Below, one piece after another: positions 21,013 through 30,426 of a stretch of 64,000 nucleotides of DNA (its first letter is position 1; each line of letters opens with the position of its first letter). This stretch comes from Synechococcus sp. GTDB taxonomy: Bacteria > Cyanobacteriota > Cyanobacteriia > PCC-6307 > Cyanobiaceae. A program made the position numbers and the translations under genes. The notes under the pieces were generated by a model, which saw only the letters and a list, made by a program, of their open reading frames with translations, was not told the origin of the DNA and did no database searches. The stretch lies in NCBI GenBank assembly GCA_047285305.1, contig JBJBDL010000003.1:1376001-1440000 (forward strand), in the 5' to 3' direction.

Positions 21013-21405
21013 GTGTTGGCTGACTCCCCTTACCTCGTGGCCATGGCGCTGATCGATCAGCAGGGCCGGCGCGCCCTGCCCCTGGGGGGGCGGTCTCAGA
21101 AAGAGGTGGCTCCGCAGGGTGAGGCCCCGGAGGCGTTGGGCCATGCACTGGTGCTGGAGCTGTTGCTGCGGGTGTGGCAGCGCAGTGATCAGGGTGTGCT
21201 GCAGCGTGCGGCTGGAGCCGACAGCCTGCTGCTGGTGGAGCTGCCGATGGAACGGCTGCCGGAGGACGTGCCCAGGCTCAAGGCGGACTGGTTGAACACG
21301 GGGGATACGGCCGCATTCAAAGTGGGATTGCAGGCTTTCTCCCCGCGGGCCTGGACGGTTTCGATCGAAAAATTCAAGCCGGTGGCTCTGCAGCCGTTGT
21401 GGTGA
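21013..21405 (+). CDS. Hypothetical protein divergent from umuD
   Basis: ORF with typical GC3-rich codon usage; start GTG 21013 or TTG 21016 preferred over 20959, which lies inside the LexA box. Confidence 0.75.
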   Translation: MLADSPYLVAMALIDQQGRRALPLGGRSQKEVAPQGEAPEALGHALVLELLLRVWQRSDQGVLQRAAGADSLLLVELPMERLPEDVPRLKADWLNTGDTAAFKVGLQAFSPRAWTVSIEKFKPVALQPLW

Positions 21406-22000
21406 GGGGCGCTTGCTCCAAGATGTTCACGGCCACGGAATAGCGCTCCCCTTAGAACGGGTTGATCCGATGCGGGATGCCGGGGGAGAACAGCACCAGG
21501 CGATTCACCACCGGTGGGACCGAGATCACCGAGCGGAATGTGGGTAACGGTCCCTGGTATCCGTTCTCGATCGGAGGGTTGTCGGCCACCAGCAGTTCGC
21601 CGCCAGCGCAGCTCACGTGGGGATAGAACACGGTGGACAGCAACAAAAGCAGGAAACGGCCGCTGCGTCGACCTTCCAGCTCGTCCTTGTCGATTTGCCA
21701 GTCGAGATCGTTGTTGGTGTTGCACCACCACTCGACTCCGGCCCGCCGGGATGCGAACGGTGTTGCCAGAGGGAGCAGGGCCTCGTCGAGGTAGTGATCG
21801 ACGGCGGCTTGCTGAGCAGCTGCGTGAATCGAGCGGGGAGAACCGGTTTCGGGTCGCCAGCTGAATTGAGCATCACCGTCGTGTTCCTCGTGGAGTCGCC
21901 AGTGGATGTCACAGAGGTCGCGTAGGTCCTGAAGGGCGCTGGCGGGCAGAAGGTTGTCGATGATGTGCAGCATGGTCGTGGCTGAGAGATCAGCGACCAT
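21374..22000 (-). pseudogene. 2OG-Fe(II) oxygenase superfamily protein with premature stop
   Basis: EWW..DW[Q]ID, STVFY..GGEL, P..NRLVLF..H motifs; TAA at 21454-21452 is followed in frame by GERYSVAVNI to a TGA at 21376-21374. Confidence 0.7.
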
Positions 22001-22009
22001 CGCCGAACC

Positions 22010-22444
22010 CTAGGCACGGTGATAAGGGCTGCCTTGAACAATCGCCTGGGCTCGGAACAGTTGTTCTACGAGCATCAGCCGCGCCAGTTCGTGGGGGAAG
22101 GTCATCGGTGAAAGGCTCAGGCGCCATTTGGCCTGTGCCTTGAGCTCAGCCGTCAGACCGTCGGCGCCACCAATCACGAAGGCCAGCCGCTGGTTGCCGA
22201 ATTGCTCGAGTCGTCGCGCGAAGGGAACCGACGCCAAGGTGTCGCCCTGTTCCATCAGCGCAATCAGGGTTTCATCGGGTCGCAGGGCCGCTCTGATGGC
22301 ATCGGCTTCCTTGTCTGGAGTGCAGTCGCGCAGTTCGCTGATGGTCAACCCAGGCAGGCGTTTGAGGTAGAGGTCAATGCCGTCCTGAATCCAGCCACGA
22401 CGCACTTTGCCTACCGCAAGAATCCGGCAACGGGCCGGGTTCAA
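22010..22444 (-). CDS. rlmH: 23S rRNA m3-pseudouridine-1915 methyltransferase
   Basis: [39 protein letters not shown]. Confidence 0.95.
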   Translation of the reverse strand: MNPARCRILAVGKVRRGWIQDGIDLYLKRLPGLTISELRDCTPDKEADAIRAALRPDETLIALMEQGDTLASVPFARRLEQFGNQRLAFVIGGADGLTAELKAQAKWRLSLSPMTFPHELARLMLVEQLFRAQAIVQGSPYHRA

Positions 22445-22869
22445 ACGTCGTCTCCCTCATCCTCGAGCAGCAGCTGCCCGAAAGCCACGTAGAGGCTTTC
22501 CTCCTCGCTGCCCGGGTCCACCTTCGGCCGTTTCGGCTGGGTGTTTTTTCCCGGTCCTGGATGGCTGCGCGCTGGTGCGGCAAGGGCTGGGGTGGTGTCG
22601 TTGCTGTTGAACGGCGATGGTTGAGTCGATGGTTTGCGTTGGGCCTCCAACTGTTTGAGCCGGTCCATCAGGTGCTCAGGAACGGTGCCGTCCTGGCTGG
22701 CCTTCATCAGTTCCCGGAAGAGCTCCTCGGGGTTCTTCTCGGTTTCAACGCGATGGCGCACCTGGCTGGCTTTGGGAGCTGCCGCAGGCTTCTCCGGTTC
22801 CGGCAGACGTGCGGGGAGCTGGCGCCCCAACTCACGCAGGCGCTCGAGGCTGCGGGGATCAAAACTCAT
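22441..22869 (-). CDS. Hypothetical protein
   Basis: 142-aa ORF tightly packed in the pentapeptide-gene/rlmH operon (4-nt overlap with rlmH). Confidence 0.8.
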   Translation of the reverse strand: MSFDPRSLERLRELGRQLPARLPEPEKPAAAPKASQVRHRVETEKNPEELFRELMKASQDGTVPEHLMDRLKQLEAQRKPSTQPSPFNSNDTTPALAAPARSHPGPGKNTQPKRPKVDPGSEEESLYVAFGQLLLEDEGDDV

Positions 22870-22872
22870 GGT

Positions 22873-23358
22873 TCAAGCGCAACCGAGACTCTCGCGGGTG
22901 CTGCGGCCCGTGACGGAATTCGTTCCGTCGGCAACGGCGCAGAGGCTTTTGAGTTGGTCCCCGCGCATGGGAACGTCTGTAAAGTCGGCTCCCGTGATCA
23001 ACACATCGCTGAAGCGGGTGTTGAAGGCAAAGGCCCCCTCCAGCACGGCATCTTCAAGGTTGGTGCCTGTCATCACAGCGGCGTCCAGGGTGGCTTCGCG
23101 CAGGTCGGTGCCGCTGAGGTCGGCATCCTGCAGCTTGGCGCCATACAGGCTGGCTCCCCGCAGATCCGATCCGGACAGGTTGGCTTCGCGCAGGTTGCTG
23201 AGGTTGAAGGTGGCCCCCCGCAGGTCTTTGTTGGAATAGTCGGCCCCGATCAGCACCTGTTTCGCCACATCCATCGCGGCGTGGGCCGGAGCCGCCAACA
23301 GCCACTGGCATGAGAACACCACCAGAGAGATAAATACGGCCGTGAAGCGTCTGCGCAT
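22873..23358 (-). CDS. Pentapeptide repeat protein with signal peptide (probably lumenal or periplasmic)
   Basis: A(D/N)LxG repeats; MRRRF...AHA signal; C-terminal Cys pair. Confidence 0.92.
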   Translation of the reverse strand: MRRRFTAVFISLVVFSCQWLLAAPAHAAMDVAKQVLIGADYSNKDLRGATFNLSNLREANLSGSDLRGASLYGAKLQDADLSGTDLREATLDAAVMTGTNLEDAVLEGAFAFNTRFSDVLITGADFTDVPMRGDQLKSLCAVADGTNSVTGRSTRESLGCA

Positions 23359-23436
23359 GATCGGAACCATCACCGCCGAACCCTAGAACCGTTTCAGGGG
23401 GGAATGGTTTAAACCAAGACGTGAGGGTTCAAGCAG

Positions 23437-23804
23437 TTGGGGTTTCAGTGCAGCGGTGGCTGGGCGGAGCAGCAGGCCTTGCAGCAGCTGGAATCGCAGG
23501 GATTGCGGTTGCTGGACCACAACTGGCACTGCCGCTGGGGCGAGCTCGATCTGGTGCTGGAGCGTCAGCAGCAGCTGCTGGTGGTGGAGGTCAAGGGCCG
23601 TCGCACGGGTCATCGGGACCGCCATGGCCTTGATGCCTTTCAATTCATTCCGCCAAACGGCGCCGCATGGCCCGCGCGATCAGTTGCTGGAGAGCTGTGC
23701 ATCCGGCGTCAGCTGAGCAGCTGCTCCAGGTCAAGCTGGCCCTTGTTCCCTTGATGACGTCCCGCCGAACGATTCGCTGGATTGATGTGGAGCGGCTGTG
23801 CTGA
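23437..23804 (+). pseudogene. YraN (UPF0102) family nuclease, frameshifted
   Basis: WAEQQA..NWHCRWGELDLV..VEVKGR; a 5-nt insertion near 23639-23647 shifts the frame, and the C-terminus HSAKRRRMARAISCW...RWIDVERLC continues in another frame to TGA 23804. Confidence 0.8.
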
Positions 23805-23818
23805 TGCACAGTTGACCC

Positions 23819-24643
23819 ATGGGTTTCTCCGGACATCACGCCCGCAAGCGTTTCGGTCAGCACTGGTTGCGGGACGAATCCGTGCTGCAACGAATCATCG
23901 AGGCTGCTGACCTGCAGTCCACCGATCGGGTGCTGGAGGTGGGGCCCGGTCGCGGGGCGTTAACCGAGCGTCTGCTGGCCGCGGGGATGAAGGCGGTGCA
24001 TGCGATTGAGCTCGACCGCGATCTGGTGGATGGTCTTCAGGAACGTTTTGAGGCTCAGCCAGGGTTCAGCCTCCATCAGGGCGATGTTCTCGAAGCCCCA
24101 CTGGAATTGAGTGATGGCCGCATCGCCGACAAGGTGGTGGCCAACATCCCGTACAACATCACTGGCCCACTGCTGGAGCGGTTGGTGGGCCGACTGGACC
24201 GGCCGGTGGATCCGCCCTACCAACGGCTTGTGTTGCTGGTGCAGAAGGAAGTCGCGGAGCGGATTCGTGCCCGGCCCGGCCACAGCAGTTTCAGCGCCTT
24301 GAGTGTGCGCATGCAGTTGCTGGCCCGGTGCCGTTCGGTGTGTCCAGTGCCGCCGCGCTGTTTCCAGCCACCGCCAAAGGTGCAATCGGAAGTGATCTGC
24401 CTGGAGCCCTTGCCGGCCTTGGAGCGGGTGGAGCCGGCTCTGGCCGCTCGGGTGGAATCGCTGTTGAAGCAGGCGTTTCTGGCGCGGCGCAAGATGTTGC
24501 GCAACACCCTGGCGGGTGTGGCTGAGCCAGACCGCTTGAAGGAGCTGGCGGCCTCCGCGGGTTTCAGCCTGCAGCAACGCCCCCAGGAACTCGCGCCCGC
24601 CACCTGGGTCGCCCTGGCCAGGGGTTTGAATCGGGGCGACTGA
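23819..24643 (+). CDS. rsmA: 16S rRNA m6,2A dimethyltransferase
   Basis: KRFGQHWL, LEVGPGRG, VANIPYNIT, QKEVAER, FQPPPKVQS. Confidence 0.97.
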   Translation: MGFSGHHARKRFGQHWLRDESVLQRIIEAADLQSTDRVLEVGPGRGALTERLLAAGMKAVHAIELDRDLVDGLQERFEAQPGFSLHQGDVLEAPLELSDGRIADKVVANIPYNITGPLLERLVGRLDRPVDPPYQRLVLLVQKEVAERIRARPGHSSFSALSVRMQLLARCRSVCPVPPRCFQPPPKVQSEVICLEPLPALERVEPALAARVESLLKQAFLARRKMLRNTLAGVAEPDRLKELAASAGFSLQQRPQELAPATWVALARGLNRGD

Positions 24644-24652
24644 ACAACCACC

Positions 24653-25576
24653 ATGATCACGGTGACGGCCCCGGCCAAAGTCAACCTGCACCTGGAGGTC
24701 CTGGGGCTGCGCTCGGACGGTTTCCATGAGCTGGCCATGGTGATGCAGAGCATCGACTTGGCGGATCGCCTGAGCTTTCAGAACACCGCTGATGCACAAA
24801 TCAGCCTCACCTGCGATGACGCCAGCCTCAGCGTCGGCCACGACAACCTGATCCTCCGGGCGGCCCAGTTGCTGCGGGACCGTTCGGGTTTCAGTGAATT
24901 GGGGGCGTCCATTCATCTCGAGAAGCGCATCCCCATCGGTGCTGGCCTGGCTGGTGGCTCCAGCGACGGCGCCGCGGCACTGGTTGGTCTGAATGCCCTG
25001 TGGGGCTTGGGCCACAGCCCCGCGGATCTGGAGCGAATGGCCGCTGAGCTCGGTTCAGACATGCCCTTCTGTGTGGCCGGAGGCTGTCAGCTCTGTTTCG
25101 GGCGAGGCGAACAACTGGAAGCCGTGCCACCAACGCCTGAACCCCTGGCCGTGCTCTTGGTTAAAGACCCCACGGTGAGCGTTTCAACGCCCTGGGCCTA
25201 TAAGCGTTGCCGTGAGCTCAATCAATCCCACTACCTCGCTGACGAGGCGGCTTTTGAACAACGACGGCAAGCCTTGCGCAGCGTTGATTGGCTCCAGCCA
25301 TTGCGCAGCGAGCTGCCACCTCCCCTGCGCAATGACCTGCAGGAGGTGGTTGCTCCTGAAACAGCTGCGGTGCGTTCGGCGCTCGATCTGTTGAACAGCG
25401 TTCCCCAAAGCCTGGCGGTGGCTATGAGTGGTTCTGGACCCAGTTGTTTCGCGCTGTTCTCCGATCTGGCGTCATGCCGCCAGGTGCAGGATCAGCTCAC
25501 GCCCCAGCTGGACCGCGCCGGCCTGAAGGCCTGGTCTTGCGCCCTTCGCAGCGATGGCGTGAGGATCGAGGCATGA
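24653..25576 (+). CDS. ispE: 4-diphosphocytidyl-2-C-methyl-D-erythritol kinase
   Basis: [36 protein letters not shown]. Confidence 0.96.
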   Translation: MITVTAPAKVNLHLEVLGLRSDGFHELAMVMQSIDLADRLSFQNTADAQISLTCDDASLSVGHDNLILRAAQLLRDRSGFSELGASIHLEKRIPIGAGLAGGSSDGAAALVGLNALWGLGHSPADLERMAAELGSDMPFCVAGGCQLCFGRGEQLEAVPPTPEPLAVLLVKDPTVSVSTPWAYKRCRELNQSHYLADEAAFEQRRQALRSVDWLQPLRSELPPPLRNDLQEVVAPETAAVRSALDLLNSVPQSLAVAMSGSGPSCFALFSDLASCRQVQDQLTPQLDRAGLKAWSCALRSDGVRIEA

Positions 25577-25890
25577 CTGATATCCCCACACCAGAGAGCC
25601 CCGAACCACAGGATCCGCGCAAAGGTCCGCTGAGTTTTCTCTCCGGAGCGCTGACGGCCGGGCTGTTGGCCTGGCTGGCCCTGGGCCTGAGTCGGCGGAT
25701 GGTGGTTTATTTCGCTGTTCATCCCCCGCACTACAACTCGCCGATTGCCCAGAACATCGCCGTCACCCTGAAGACCCTTCTGGTGGGTTTGTCCTTCCTG
25801 GCCACCTTCAGCACGGGTTTTGTGGCCCTTGGCCTGACCCTGGTGTTTCTTCGCAGTCTCTTTACGGCTCGCGACCAGAACCCTGCCTAG
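25573..25890 (+). CDS. DUF3082-like membrane protein
   Basis: ATGA overlap with the ispE stop; two TM helices, [17 protein letters not shown]. Confidence 0.8.
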   Translation: MTDIPTPESPEPQDPRKGPLSFLSGALTAGLLAWLALGLSRRMVVYFAVHPPHYNSPIAQNIAVTLKTLLVGLSFLATFSTGFVALGLTLVFLRSLFTARDQNPA

Positions 25891-25914
25891 CGTCCGCTCA
25901 TTGCCAGGGTTTGG

Positions 25915-26010
25915 ATGACGCCCCACGACCTCGGCCAGCTGGCGTTGCTGCTGTCTCCGGCCATGCTGCTTTCCGTTTTGTTGTTGTTCACCTTCGCGGC
26001 GGGCGGTTGA
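25915..26010 (+). CDS. 31-aa single-TM microprotein (not in ORF track)
   Basis: MTPHDLGQLALLLSPAMLLSVLLLFTFAAGG*; fills the gap before pdhB. Confidence 0.6.
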   Translation: MTPHDLGQLALLLSPAMLLSVLLLFTFAAGG

Positions 26011-26072
26011 CCCTGCGCTGACTGAGATAGCTTGGCCTCACCACCCGGATTGGCCGGGATCACTGTGACGCC

Positions 26073-27056
26073 GTGGCAGGAACACTTCTCTTCAACGCCC
26101 TCCGGGAAGCCATCGACGAGGAGATGGGGAGAGACCCCCACGTCTGCGTGATGGGGGAGGACGTCGGTCATTACGGCGGCAGTTACAAGGTCACCAAGGA
26201 TCTGGCTGAGAAATACGGGGATCTCAGGGTGCTCGACACCCCGATTGCTGAGAACGGCTTCACCGGAATGGCTGTTGGTGCCGCGATGACCGGTCTCCGG
26301 CCGATCGTTGAGGGCATGAACATGGGCTTCCTGCTCCTGGCCTTCAACCAGATCTCCAACAACATGGGGATGCTCCGCTACACGAGCGGCGGCAACTTCA
26401 CCATTCCCACCGTGGTGCGCGGCCCCGGCGGTGTGGGTCGTCAGCTTGGTGCTGAGCACAGCCAACGGCTGGAGGCCTACTTCCATGCCGTCCCCGGCAT
26501 CAAGATCGTGGCCTGCAGCACGCCCACCAATGCCAAAGGCCTGATGAAGGCCGCGATTCGCGACAACAATCCCGTGCTTTTCTTCGAGCACGTTCTGCTC
26601 TACAACCTCAGCGAGGATCTCCCCGAAGGCGACTACATCTGTGCCCTTGATCAGGCGGATCTGGTGAAGGAAGGCACTGATGTGACGATCCTCACCTACT
26701 CCCGGATGCGTCATCACTGCCTCAAGGCTGTGGAGCAACTGGAGGCAGAGGGGGTGAGCGTTGAGCTGATCGATCTGATCAGCCTCAAGCCCTTCGACAT
26801 GGAGACGATCAGCCGCTCCATCCGCAAGACCAACAAGGTGATCGTGGTGGAGGAATGCATGAAGACCGGTGGCATCGGGGCCGAGTTGATTGCGCTGATC
26901 ACTGAGCAGTGCTTTGACGATCTTGATGCCCGGCCTGTGCGTCTTTCCAGTCAGGACATCCCCACCCCCTACAACGGTTCTCTCGAGAACCTCACGATCA
27001 TTCAGCCGCATCAGATCGTTGAGGCGGCGCAGGCGTTGGTCAACAAGGGCATCTGA
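26073..27056 (+). CDS. pdhB: Pyruvate dehydrogenase E1 beta subunit
   Basis: [33 protein letters not shown]. Confidence 0.97.
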   Translation: MAGTLLFNALREAIDEEMGRDPHVCVMGEDVGHYGGSYKVTKDLAEKYGDLRVLDTPIAENGFTGMAVGAAMTGLRPIVEGMNMGFLLLAFNQISNNMGMLRYTSGGNFTIPTVVRGPGGVGRQLGAEHSQRLEAYFHAVPGIKIVACSTPTNAKGLMKAAIRDNNPVLFFEHVLLYNLSEDLPEGDYICALDQADLVKEGTDVTILTYSRMRHHCLKAVEQLEAEGVSVELIDLISLKPFDMETISRSIRKTNKVIVVEECMKTGGIGAELIALITEQCFDDLDARPVRLSSQDIPTPYNGSLENLTIIQPHQIVEAAQALVNKGI

Positions 27057-27061
27057 CGTTG

Positions 27062-28543
27062 ATGGCGCGTTATCAGGGTTGGTTTGCCCTTGTTCTTGCC
27101 CTGGCGATCGCCGCCGGGATGTTTTTGGTTCGGACGCCGCTGGAACTGGGCCTCGATCTGCGGGGCGGCAGTCAGCTCACCGTTGAAGTGAAGCCAGCCG
27201 GAGAGATCACCCGGGTTGGCGTTGAAGAGATGGAAGCGGTGAAAGCCGTGCTCGATCGTCGGGTCAACGGTCTTGGTGTGGCTGAGTCCACCCTGCAGAC
27301 GGTGGGTGAGTCGCAGCTCGTGTTGCAGCTCCCAGGTGAGCAGGATCCCACCGCTGCTGCGCGGGTTCTCGGCGACACAGCCTTGTTGGAGTTTCGTGCC
27401 CAAAAGGCCGACACCGAAGCTGAGTTCCGAGGTCTGAGGCAGCTCCGTTCCCAGGTAGAAGCGATCCTCAGGTTGCGTGAGGATCAGATCCGCCGTGGTG
27501 AGACCCCGGAGCCTCTAGATCTGGCTCAGCTGAAGTCAACCCAGCAGACCCTGGGTCTGGATCGGCAGGCCAGCTCGGAGGAAGAGCAGCTCCATCAGCT
27601 TCTGAACAAGGTTGATTCCGATCTGCTCACGATGCTTGAGCCGGCAGCGCTGACGGGCAAGCAGCTGGTGACAGCAGGCCGTCAACCGCTCCAGAACAAC
27701 CCGAACAGCTGGGAGGTGACCCTCAATTTCGATGGTGAGGGTGCTGAGGCCTTCGCTGACCTCACCAAATCGATTGCCGGTACCGACCGGTTGCTGGCCA
27801 TCACTCTGGATGATCAGCTGATCAGTGCCGCCAGCGTTGGCCCCCAGTTCAAAAGTGCTGGAATCTCTGGTGGTGCTGCCACCATCAGTGGCAATTTCAG
27901 TGCGGAAACGGCCCGTGAGCTCGAGGTGAAGCTCCGCGGCGGCTCCCTGCCCCTCCCCGTTGAAGTGATCGAGGTCCGCACCATCGGGCCCACGCTCGGA
28001 GCAGAGAACATCCGCCGCAGCCTGGTGGCCGCCCTCTCGGGCCTGGCTCTGGTGGCGGTGTTCATGGTGGTGGCCTATCGCCTGCCAGGGGCGGTGGCTG
28101 TGATGGCCCTCAGCCTCTATGCCCTGTTCAACCTGGCGGTGTACGCCTTGATTCCGGTCACCCTCACCTTGCCGGGAATCGCTGGTTTCATCCTCTCGAT
28201 CGGCATGGCCGTGGATGCCAATGTGCTGATCTTTGAGCGGATCAAGGACGAATTGCGGCGGGGCAACACCTTGATCCGCTCGATTGATACCGGCTTCTCC
28301 GAGGCCTTTTCATCGATCGTCGATGGTCACCTGACCACGTTGATCAGTTGTGCAGCTCTCTTCTTCCTTGGCACCGGCCTGGTCAAGGGCTTTGCCGCGA
28401 CCCTGGGCATTGGTGTTCTGCTGAGTTTGTTCACGGCCCTGACCTGCACCCGCACCCTGCTTCGTTTCCTGATGGGCTACGCCGGTCTGCGTTGTGCCAG
28501 CAATTTTCTGCCCACCGGGCAACTTCCTTCCCCCACCGCCTGA
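27062..28543 (+). CDS. secD: Protein translocase subunit SecD
   Basis: LGLDLRGG, GPTLG, GMAVDANVLIFERIKDE. Confidence 0.97.
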   Translation: MARYQGWFALVLALAIAAGMFLVRTPLELGLDLRGGSQLTVEVKPAGEITRVGVEEMEAVKAVLDRRVNGLGVAESTLQTVGESQLVLQLPGEQDPTAAARVLGDTALLEFRAQKADTEAEFRGLRQLRSQVEAILRLREDQIRRGETPEPLDLAQLKSTQQTLGLDRQASSEEEQLHQLLNKVDSDLLTMLEPAALTGKQLVTAGRQPLQNNPNSWEVTLNFDGEGAEAFADLTKSIAGTDRLLAITLDDQLISAASVGPQFKSAGISGGAATISGNFSAETARELEVKLRGGSLPLPVEVIEVRTIGPTLGAENIRRSLVAALSGLALVAVFMVVAYRLPGAVAVMALSLYALFNLAVYALIPVTLTLPGIAGFILSIGMAVDANVLIFERIKDELRRGNTLIRSIDTGFSEAFSSIVDGHLTTLISCAALFFLGTGLVKGFAATLGIGVLLSLFTALTCTRTLLRFLMGYAGLRCASNFLPTGQLPSPTA

Positions 28544-28546
28544 ACC

Positions 28547-29536
28547 ATGACTGAAGCATCGTCATCGGAACAAGCGGCCACGGTCCTCAGATTGCGCTGG
28601 TCCCTCAGCAGCATGCGCCGCAAGGTGTGGTTGATTTCTGGAATGGTGGTTCTGATCAGCCTGTTGGGCTTGTTGCTCAGCTGGATGGATCCTGCGATTC
28701 GTGCTCCCCTCCGTCCCGGCCTTGATTTCACCGGTGGCACGCAGATTCAATTGGAGCGTCGCTGTGATGACGCCTGCGCCGAGCTCAAGGCGATTCAGGT
28801 CTCGGATGTGATCCGCAGCCTGGAGCTGCCTCAGGAGGAGGGTCAACCTCTCCCCAACCTGGGCGCTCCCCTGGTTCAGCTTCTGGATGGCGGTCAGTCG
28901 TTGTTGCTGCGCCTGCCAACGTTGTCGGCTGCCCAGGGCCAAGCGGTCATTCAGGCAGTTGAACCCGTTGCAGGGCCATTCCTCTCAGGTGGTCAATCGG
29001 TCGACACGATCGGGCCGAGCCTGGGCAAGCAATTGCTGCGCAGCAGCCTGATTTCTCTGTTGGTGGCTTTCAGCGGTATTGCGGCCTACATCAGCTTCCG
29101 CTACGACCGCCGCTACGCGTTTCTCGCCCTGGTGGCGCTGGCCCATGACGTGGCGATCGTCTGTGGAGTTTTTGCCTGGCTAGGGGTTGTGCTTCAGCTG
29201 GAGGTGGACAGCCTCTTTGCGGTTTCATTGCTGACCATTGCTGGTTATTCGGTGAACGACACGGTGGTGGTGTTTGATCGCATCCGCGAACGCAGCAAGG
29301 ATGCCGCCGACCTGCCGCTCTCAGTGCAGGTGGATCAAGCTGTGTCCGCCACCCTGACCCGCACGCTCTACACCAGCGGAACCACCTTGCTGCCTCTCTT
29401 GGCGCTCGTGTTTTTCGGTGGAGCAACGCTGTATTGGTTTGCCATCGCCCTCGCTCTCGGGGTTGTTGTTGGTTCCTGGTCGAGCATCGCCCTGGCGCCG
29501 TCGTTGCTCACGCTGTGGGACCGCTCCCGTGACTAA
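28547..29536 (+). CDS. secF: Protein translocase subunit SecF
   Basis: GLDFTGG, GPSLG, GYSVNDTVVVFDRIRE. Confidence 0.97.
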   Translation: MTEASSSEQAATVLRLRWSLSSMRRKVWLISGMVVLISLLGLLLSWMDPAIRAPLRPGLDFTGGTQIQLERRCDDACAELKAIQVSDVIRSLELPQEEGQPLPNLGAPLVQLLDGGQSLLLRLPTLSAAQGQAVIQAVEPVAGPFLSGGQSVDTIGPSLGKQLLRSSLISLLVAFSGIAAYISFRYDRRYAFLALVALAHDVAIVCGVFAWLGVVLQLEVDSLFAVSLLTIAGYSVNDTVVVFDRIRERSKDAADLPLSVQVDQAVSATLTRTLYTSGTTLLPLLALVFFGGATLYWFAIALALGVVVGSWSSIALAPSLLTLWDRSRD

Positions 29537-29750
29537 AGCCAGCGGCAATTCTGAACGGAGACGCCGTGCTGTTTCGGCCCGTTGGTTTCCAATTCTGTTG
29601 ATCCTGCTGGCTCTGGCTGATCTGCGCACCGAAGTTCTGCTTCTCAGTGATCAGTTCACGATTACAGGGCTCGGTTATGCCATTCGGCATCATCAGCTTG
29701 CTGTGGTGGTCTTGCTGGGTTCCGGCACTCTCTGGCGCCGTTTCGGTTAG
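29529..29750 (+). CDS. Small hypothetical membrane protein
   Basis: GTG start overlapping the secF end; two hydrophobic stretches around DLRTEVLLLSDQFT; start uncertain. Confidence 0.55.
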   Translation: MTKASGNSERRRRAVSARWFPILLILLALADLRTEVLLLSDQFTITGLGYAIRHHQLAVVVLLGSGTLWRRFG

Positions 29751-29983
29751 CGCTTGGTGCCGTTGCCGAATTCCTGCCAGATCGAATCCCAGGTGCGTTG
29801 TTTCACCTCGGCGTTCCACTGGCCCTGGCTGTGGGTGGAGGCCCACCACGATTCGAACAGATCGTGGGCTTCCTCTTTCAGCAATTCGGGGTCAAGATTC
29901 TCGCGAACCAGCTGCATCACGGCCTGCCTCAGTTCCTCGTAACGGGAGAAATTGAAGATGACGTCCAAGCCCGCTCGTCTCAC
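29747..29983 (-). CDS. Small Trp-rich hypothetical protein
   Basis: 78-aa ORF with a helical, protein-like composition; 4-nt convergent overlap with its neighbour. Confidence 0.6.
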   Translation of the reverse strand: MRRAGLDVIFNFSRYEELRQAVMQLVRENLDPELLKEEAHDLFESWWASTHSQGQWNAEVKQRTWDSIWQEFGNGTKR

Positions 29984-30097
29984 GATCTCTTGGACACACT
30001 ATTGGATTGAAGAGCGTCAATCCGGCTTCTTTGGTATCGCGCTGAACGTCATTGCCTGTAAAGGCTGAGTTACGACTCAATTGGTTGCTCAGGTTCC

Positions 30098-30277
30098 ATG
30101 GAGTTGAATCCTGGTCTAAGCGAGGTGGTCTTCGGCTTGCGTGCTGAGGTTGAGGCTCTGAAGACGCGCTTGAACAAGATCGAGCGTGGCCAGGAGGTCG
30201 CGGTTTCTGCGGCCTATTGGCAAGCGGTTGAGCGGGAGCGTGATTCGAGTGAAAAGAAGCGGCGTCAGCTGCTCTGA
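30098..30277 (+). CDS. 59-aa coiled-coil-like protein (not in ORF track)
   Basis: MELNPGLSEVVFGLRAEVEALKTRLNKIERGQEVAVSAAYWQAVERERDSSEKKRRQLL*; heptad pattern L..EV..LK.RL..IE. Confidence 0.6.
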   Translation: MELNPGLSEVVFGLRAEVEALKTRLNKIERGQEVAVSAAYWQAVERERDSSEKKRRQLL

Positions 30278-30426
30278 TTTGGTCGAAAAAATTGGGACCC
30301 TCTCCCAAGAGTCCCAAGGCTCGACGCGTCGTTCTCACGACTCCGTTAAAATACTTAGGCAGTGCGGGTCTCAGGTGTGATGCCTGCTACCGGATGTTCG
30401 TCTGGTTACAAGTCTCGCGTCTGGAT

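Noticed and set aside
21449..21457. Programmed read-through or selenocysteine recoding at the oxygenase internal stop, given mnmH in the window
   Set aside because: The stop is TAA, not TGA, and the gene has other apparent lesions
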